Part shown: one piece after another, positions 1 through 9,000 of the stretch
How positions within the stretch are numbered: position 1 is the stretch's first letter
Layout: the number at the start of each line of letters is the position of its first letter
IMG/VR virus record: IMGVR_UViG_3300009068_000024
Span: 73,504-137,503 of that record
Reading direction: 5' to 3' (one strand)
Source of the DNA: a virus
DNA: 64,000 nt
Notes under the pieces: model-generated
What the model was told of the DNA's origin: nothing
Databases searched by the model: none
The model's input: only the letters and a program-made list of their open reading frames with translations
Position numbers and translations under genes: made by a program

Positions 1-1
1 G

Positions 2-3000
2 GGCGGGTATTACGATAATGTCTTTGTTAATGATGAAGAATTTTTAGATAAATTTGGTGGAATAACCGGCCTAGCTCGTTACTCTGACGAGAACTCAAAC
101 GTTAAGCCTGCTGCCGAACCTGTAGCCGAAGCTCAGGTAGAAGAAGAGCCTAAAGAACTTACCGAGGAAGAACGTCAGGCTAACCGAGATGCTTGGACCG
201 AGGCTGGAAAACTTTACAGAGAATATAAAGCTGCAAGCCGAGCAAAGAATAAAAAGCGTGAAGCTAAGCGCCTAAGACAAGAACTAGAGCAGTTCCCTGT
301 TGTAGTGCTACACGAGAAACTTAGAGAACTTAGAGATATTCTAGACAACACTAGAAACTCTTCAACAGATGAAAATGAAAGAAAAGCGGCATCTAAGAGA
401 GCCGCTGAAGTAACTGACGCTATGAAGCAGCTTAATGTACTTACTAACGAGGGTATGAAAGAGGGATCTGTAAAACCAACTGATCCTCTAAAGTTTAACT
501 TTGACGATCTTTTCAAAGAAGTAGAAGCACAGGATGGCATTTCTGAATCTGACGTTGAAGAAGCTGCAGAAGAGCCAGAAGTTGTAGAAGAACCAGCAGC
601 CGAACCTACAGAAGAACCTAAGAAAAACGTCATTGAGACTGCTGGCGGAGTTCTAGATTTTGATGCTTTATCTCCAATGCAACTAGGAAAAATTAAAGCC
701 CACCTTGACAAGAAAGTTCGCTGGAATGGCGAGGTAATGACCTACCATGAACTTTATAGCAGATTTGCTATCGGTAGACACAAGAGCCAAAACCTTAAAG
801 ATGTTGACTATGTAAAAGGTGAGTCAGTTAAGTCTTGGGGACCTATTAAGTATTTCCTTTTTGTAGATGAAAACGGTGGCATGATCGATGTTCCTAAGAT
901 GGTCTACGATGCTTTCAAGCCAAACAGCGATGATCCAAAATTGGATTCAGATGCCACTGCTCCAGTTCAAGAAGCTGAAATGGCTGAAAGACAAAGAAAG
1001 TGGGATGAGCAAGCTAAGGCAAAAGCAGAAGCTGAAGCTGCTAAACCTGCTGAAGAAAAGCCAGAGGAACCTGTTGAAGCTAAGCCGGAAGAGCCTGCTG
1101 CAGCTCCTGCAACTCCAGTAGAAACTCCTAAAGATCTTGGACCGGTTCAAATAACCAAAGATACAGCTAAGCAATATCTAGCCGAAAAGGTAGATGTTGG
1201 GTGGACTATCTATGGTCCAGATGGTTATGCTCTTGGAGTTGTAGTTAAGAAAGATACTCTAGGTAGAGTTGTTCAGCTAACCGTAAGAGGTCCTAACGGG
1301 AAAGAAACTACATATAACTTCAACATGCTTACTAAGCTCAATGCCTTTAGTCCTAAAGACAAAAAAGATATCGAGAAAGCTAATAAGGCTAAGCCGGCTC
1401 AACCTAAGCCAGAACCTAAGCCAGAAGTTGTAGAAGAACCTACTTCAGAAGAAGCTCCAGATAAGATCTCCCGTGAAGACGGTTACAGACTGTTCAATGC
1501 TGTTAAAGAAGTCTATGATTTCATCCACAGAATGAAAAGGACTGACGATCCCGACGCTGCAAAGAAAGATGCAAACGACAAGGTCAATCAGTTAGCAAAG
1601 ATCTTAAATCCTGAAGATGTAGATGATTTTATTAGGTATGTAAATGCTATAAATAAAGAACCAGCACTTATAATGTCTAGCATAGATTATCAAAAGAATT
1701 TTAGTGATTACTTAGACAAATATGCTTCAGGTCAGGGAGTTGCTAACAACCCTATCTACAGATCAGCTGACGGAAAAGAAATCAAAGAAGGTGATTTCTT
1801 GATGGTTGTAGGTGCAGATGGTGCTTTAAAGAAAATACAACTTAGAATCTTTAGAAGACCTAACCCTAGAGCACTCTCAGATAAGACAGACTTCATCGAG
1901 ACAGGCTACTATCTTGAATTTTATAGGGATAAAGATCCTAGAATTGTAAGGATAGGTGACCCTAAAGAGTCATACTCACTAGATAAGGTATTCCACAGTC
2001 AAAATGAAGCTGAAATTAGAAATTTCATCCTCAATGGACGTAAGAGCGAGTCCACACCTGCAACTGCTGCTCCTATTGAATTCATACCTTCTTCAAAAAT
2101 AAGAGGGCTTCAAGCTGGGGATCTTTTCTATATCTATGAAGCTGGCAACGGCTATGCCAAGCAATACATAGTTGGTTCTAATGGAGAGAGTGTATATGAA
2201 GCAGTAAATGGGGAACTTCCAGGAGGGGCTGAAGAAAATGTTATAAGACCTGACGATCTAGACTCTATTGCAGAAAGAGTAGCTACCGGTAGTGGAGAAG
2301 AAGTTTACAGAGGACTTATCCCCACAGATGAAAATGGGAACCCTCTCTCAGCTAGGCAGCACAAAGCTAGACTTGAGTCGGCTGCTACTAGTGCTCCTGA
2401 GATTAAACCTGAAACTAAACCTGAGCCTGAAGCATCTAAGTCTTACAACAAAGACCTAGAAAATGATCTAGCTGTATTTAAAAATGTTCTAGAGAATGCA
2501 ATTGAAAACTTTAGAAACCAGCCTGGTGCAGACAAGAATATCTACAAAGCTGCAGCTAAAGAACTTTACAATGAACTTAAAAAGCTGAACTCACTTTACG
2601 AAGATTCCACTACAAGTGGTGATGATCTAGAGCAAATTCGTAACGTTTATGACGATAAAATCCGTGATCTAGGCGACGTTCAATCAGCTAAAGAAAAGTC
2701 TAACCCTAGCCAAAACCGTGAGGGCGATCAAAGAAATATTACTCAAGATACCGATCAAGTTTCAATTGCAGCTATAGCAGATGCTTTAGCAAATGGCGAT
2801 ATTAATAATGTAAATTCTAATGAAGACCCGTCTGACATATTTGCATCAAAAACCAATTTCGGAGTAAGCATGTTGCTCAAGCAGGTAACAGCTATGAGAC
2901 TTCTCAACTATATGCCAGATGCCAAGTTTGACGATCTACTCAAAGCTTCTATAGAAGTAGATACACATCCGTTGTTTAGACAAGGTGGCGGTCTAGCTAT

Positions 3001-6000
3001 CTATTACATGGACTTTAATTCTGGACAAGCATCATATTCACCACTTCCAGGCCAAAGAAATCCTGTGTGGATATACAATGCCCTCAATGCAGATATGTCA
3101 GATATAAAAGAAGGAACAGAACTTCTAGTTACCGATGCTAATGGTAGCGATAGTCTTTCAAATGTATCAATAATTACTGTAAATAAAGAGCTTTTAAATT
3201 CCGTTCTTAAAACAATGGGAGATACCAATTCAAACAGTATCGTGAGATTTATAAACGATGAGCTCTTCCTTAGAGTGCACTCAAGTTCTAGTCAAGAAGA
3301 TGTTGACGATATAAAGAAGATAATGATATCTCACTTGATTCACAGCTGGGCAATATCTTCTAATGATAGAAGCCTAAAGTCTCATGCTTTGCAAAGTTTA
3401 GCTAGAGAAATATTTGCTATGGACTCTAATTCAACAGCTGGCTGGAATTTTACTTCAAATCTTGCTGATTCTGATCTTGATATGTATAGGGACAGAGGGT
3501 ATATACCTTATGAAGTAAAAGATTTAGTAGATTTCAATAATTATCTAAAGGGATTTATTGATCAAGAAATTAACGATCACAGGACCGTTTATGCTCAGTT
3601 CTTACATGCAATGTACAATGCTACCCAGGATCTACTAAAGGATCAGGGAATAGATGGTTTCGTTCTATACAGAGGAACTACTTCCAAAGAACTTACTGAA
3701 ACCTCTCAAAGTCTAGGATCTACTGGAATATTTAGATCTAATGTTAAGCAGAGACCGATGTCTTCATGGTCAACTGATATCTATCAGGCTGGTAGCTTTG
3801 CATCTAGAGCTTCTGGCAAAGATACAATAGTTATGGCTACAGTAATTCCGGCTGACAAAATTATTTCATTTTCCGGATCTGGATTTGGATCTTACGACGA
3901 GCGTGAGGTTGTTGTTTTAGGTGGAGAGATTAGAGAAGCTTTTGCTATTAGTCATGGATACCCTGGAGTTGTAGATCAAAGTCTTCAAAATCTCAAGACT
4001 GAGGTTGTGGATCAACTTGCAAATAGTAGAAAGGTTCTAGATACTGACCGAGCAAGTGGCCAGCAGGTAGTTCAGGAACAAAGCAAGCCGTCTCAAAACA
4101 GAGAAAACACTATAAACATTGATGACAATGATGGAAACTCAGACTGGATTAAGACAGTAGGCTGGGACCTACCTATCAACGTTGATAATTTCTTAAAGAT
4201 GTTTAATGACAGGGAGCATCTTTCAAACTTTATGTCTAAGCCTACTGCTGAAGGTATGCCTGAAGAAATGCTACGCAACCTATGGCCGGCTGCTGACAAG
4301 TATTTTGACAAGATAGAGTCTGCTCCTAAAGAAGAAGAGCCTAAATACCTACCAGAGCCTTTTGATCCAAGAAACCCTCAAATCGATCTAGATGAGTATT
4401 ACAACTACGACTACACCAGAATGCCTGATGGAACTCCGTTTAACTCTGAAGATCAGCAGCAGATGGATGCGGTAGAGAGAAAATTAAAAAATATTCTTAA
4501 AGGTAGCGATGGCTATGTCAATCCATCTGCTCTAAAAAATACAAAGAACTTTAGAAGAACTATTTACCAGCAGATAATTGCTAAACCTAATGAAAACTCT
4601 TCTACTACAAGAGAGAGCATTCTTAAGCAAATAGAGTTTAGCGATAAACCTGCTGTTGAGTACTACGATGAAACTAGCGGAGTTAACTACATTAGATATG
4701 TAGACACATTCACAGATAAATATGGAAGAAAATACTATCTATCAACTAATATTGATAAGAGTTCTGGTCGTCAAACTGTAATTGCTTACGATGCACAAAA
4801 CTATGAAAACATGGCTCTTCCGGAAGACTACGTAAGAAATGATCAGCCTGTATCTGGAATTAGTGACGTTGGTGTGCTTAGAAGTTCTGTCTATGAAGAT
4901 CCATCTAAATCTGAAATTCAAAGTGCGTTAGTCAGCTATAACTACCAAAGAAGAGGTCTAGCAACAGCTATGGTGGCTGCTCTAGAGAAGAGAATAGGTA
5001 TGCCAGTAGTTCACTCGGAGCACCTGTCTACCATGGGATTTGCTTTCTCTAACAGCATCGACCCTGGCAAGCCTGAGCTACACAATAACGAGAAATCTAT
5101 AAAACTACAGGAAGACAATGCTCCTTCTCAGAATCGTGAAGGATTCTTCAAGAGAAACAAAGCCAAGAAGGAACCTTTTGACCCTACAGATCCTACCGTT
5201 GATCTAGAAAAGTATTACAACTATGACTACACTAAGCTACCTGATGGCACCCCATTTAGTGTCTATCAGCAGCAGCAGATGGATATTCTTAAAGATGCAA
5301 TTGACAACGAAACCGATAACTTTGAAAGAAAACTACGTATCGATGAGAGAAGACGCATCTATCAGGGATATACTGCTAAGCCAAACTTAAAGTCCGGCAC
5401 TAATCTTGAAAGTATTGAAAACCAGGTGGGACTTCTAGATGAAAATACTTCTAGAATGAGCTATAGCGGTGCCGGTAAGCCTTACGCAGATCTTTCACCA
5501 GAATACAAGCAGAGCACTCAGTATATTGATGAGTTCACTGATAAATATGGTAGACAGTATTGGGTAGTTACCAAGGTAGTAAACGGCCTCGGTATGTCAA
5601 ACGTAAAGATCTACGATAAGAGTAAAAACTCAGTGCAGGATCTTCAAGATAATTCAGAGGATAGAACTCCTGTATCTATGCTAGATGTCTTTAATAACAA
5701 AATTAGTATGGTTTACACCTCAGATAGATACCTAAGAAGAGGATTAGCTACTGCGGCCCTTTACCTAGCAAGAAAGCGTTCTGGAAAAGAAGTTCAGCAT
5801 TCAGAAATGCTAACTAATTTTGGTAGAGCATTCTCCCTTTCAGTTGACCCTAACCCTGATCTTCACAGAAACAGTGAGTCAAAAGATGCCCTATCTAACA
5901 ACCAGCCTTCTCAGAACCGTGAAAGAGAATACCTGCCAGAACCTTTTGACCCTAGTGATCGTAAAATTGATATGGATATTATCTATAACTACGATTACAC

Positions 6001-9000
6001 TAAGCTACCTGATGGCACTCCATTCAACGATAAGCAACAAAAAGCAATGGATCACGAGAATAAAATTCTTGAAGAAGCTATAGCTTCCGGAGATGAATCA
6101 AAAATACGTGCAGCTAAAATTTCTAGAAGACATACATATAATACATTTATAACTGTAGCTAACCCAGACTCCAAAACAAACACTGAAACTATAGCTGATC
6201 AGATTACTTTAGGTAAATCTAAACCTAAAAAGTTCACCGGGTTTGTCCGTTACACAGATAATTTTACAGATAAATACGGTAGAAAATATGTGATGTTTAC
6301 TGACATAAGAACCGATGATAAGGGAGATAATTCTGCAATTGTAACAGTGCATGATATGAAGAGTATGTTCCTTGAGAAAATTTTTGTTCCTGAGGGTATG
6401 GAAAATGTTGATCAATTTGGAGGAAAAAGTCTCCACTCAGCTGCGTTAAAAGTTGTCGATGATAATAGAAAAGATCCAGATGCTGCTGCTTATATTGGTA
6501 TGGTACTTACTGATGATGCGTATAGACGCCGCGGTCTTGCAACAGCAATGCTGTACTTAGCTCGTAAGCACTACAGTAAACCTGTTAACCACTCAAGCAC
6601 TCTTACCATGTACGGTAAAGCTTTCTCTAACTCTGTGGATGCTGGAAAACCAGACGTGCACGATTCTTTAGAATCTAAGCAGCTACAGATTGATCTTCTT
6701 AAGGAGAAGGGTCTTCCTGTAGAAGAGTCTGAACTTGATGGCGATGAAATTGATTACGGGCCTAGCCAAAATAGAGAAGGTACTTCAGAACCATCTATTC
6801 TTAATGAATATCGTGAAGTAATTCCTTTAAATAATTCCTATAGAGATAAGAATGACCCTAATTTAGACATTACTGAATGGACTGGCGAAGGTGTCAAAAT
6901 ATATGGAATAGGTAATGGCGGTAATCCACTGGGCTATGTAAAAACTGAAAAGCTTGCTACAATGAAAGGCAATCTTGCAGATATGGAGAGCAGTACATCT
7001 TCTATAGCTCGGGATCTTGAAGACGGTACTGGCTATTTAGAGCCAGTACTAGTTTGGTACAACCCTCTTACTGGAAAAGCTTTTATTGCAGAGGGAAATC
7101 ACAGGGTTGAAGCTGCACGTATAGCTGGAAGAGAATATGTGCCTGTTGTAGTTGGCGTTAGCACTGTAAAGTTTAAAAATCCAACTAAAATGGAGAGAGC
7201 CGGGGGGGTTGGAGATGCATTTTTAAATAAGGATGGAAGTTTAGATAACTTTGAAAATGTTAAAGATGGATCTCTTATAAATCCATACCACTTATTTAAT
7301 GATGAAGATCTTTTATATCCTAAAACTAATTTAGATTCAAGCAATGTTTCTGGACTTACAGATGTACTCAAAATACAATCAGATCTTTTAGATGAACTTA
7401 TGGCTGAAAAGAAAGAACCCGGACCTAATGATATTGTTTATTGGCACGATCCTGACAGTTTTAATGCCAATAGCTCGATTGGGCATATGGGACATGCTTC
7501 AGAAAAATTAAAAAGTATTACTGCTAAAAACATAAGTGAAAACATGCTGTCTTCCGCTAAAGATATGCTAGATGCGGTTCACTACGCCATAACACTTAGT
7601 GAAGCTGTACGTAATAGAATTGGTTCGATAACCTCAGATACCTCGGAAATAGCTAAAAAAGCTATGCAAACTAGAGTAGATAGTTTAAATAGAGATTCTA
7701 TTGTACTAATAATAGATGACTCTTATGATTCTCCATATGAAGGATTACGTTTAGAAACTTTAGGGGAGATATTGGATAATGTGGATCCTCACGAGGAGGG
7801 GGCTTACGGAGATAAATATGATGATCAAAGTATTGATTACAAAGCTCTTTTAAATGATTATTACGACGATTGGGATAGAAAAACATTATTTTTTGATAAT
7901 CCAAAAGATATGGAAGCACTAAAAGAAAAGGTAGCTTCAATTCTTGTTTCACAGTGGGCAGAAACATCTAACGGTAATGATATGGTTTCTCACGCTCTTC
8001 AAATGGCTGCAACTGAAGTATTTAAAATGCCTAATGGATCGTGGGCGGAGTGGAGATTCCCTAAAGGTCAGTATGGGGATCAAATTAAAGAAAATGCGGA
8101 ATATCATTATGGAATATACGGAACAGTACTTAAAGATTTCTTAAAAACTATGTACGACCTTACTCAGGATCGGTTTAAAAACTATGGAATAAAGTATTTA
8201 ACCCTTTACAGAGGTACTGGAGTAGATGAAGAAGCTTTAAAAATGAACATTGATGTTGAACGTTATGGTGTAGGAGATATTGAAGTATTGCAAAGACCTA
8301 TGTCATCATGGTCTTGGCTTAATGGCAGTGCTTTCCAGTTTGCTACTAGTAGAATAAAACATAGAGCAGGAATGTTTATGGGAGCTATAATTCCCGTTGA
8401 TCAGGTTCTTTCTATTCCTGGAACTGGTTTTGGTTGTTTTGAAGAAGCTGAAGTAGTTCTACTAGCAGGAAAAAATAGACTAGTAAGAGCTGTAATTAGT
8501 GATGATTCTCATAAAGTACTTGACCAAAAAACTTTTATTGCTGAAAATGTGGATAAAATACTTTCTTACTTATCAGATGAACTTCCTAAAGATAAAAATG
8601 CTTTTTACAATTTAATAGAGTTCAACAGCAGTTCTTTTAATGATTCTAAGCCTTCTCAAAACCGTGAAAACAAGTCGGTTGACATTGACAGTAGCACAGA
8701 AAACTCTGACTGGATTAAACCTTTTAGATGGGATCTAACTACTAACGTAAAGAGCTTCCTAAATAAATTTAAGACCAAAAAAGATGTCAAAGACTTTATG
8801 GAACTTCCAGCAGCCGAGGCTATTCCAGAAGATCTAAAGAAAGAGCTAGATGCCAAGGAATCAAGTCTTCCAGAAGATTCTTCAGAATCTGGTGAAAAAG
8901 ATACACCGATTTCTCTACAAGAATTGCACAGAACATTTATTACTTCTATATTAATGGGAGCGGGGGATCAGAGAACTAGGCCTATCCCTGGGATTGGACC

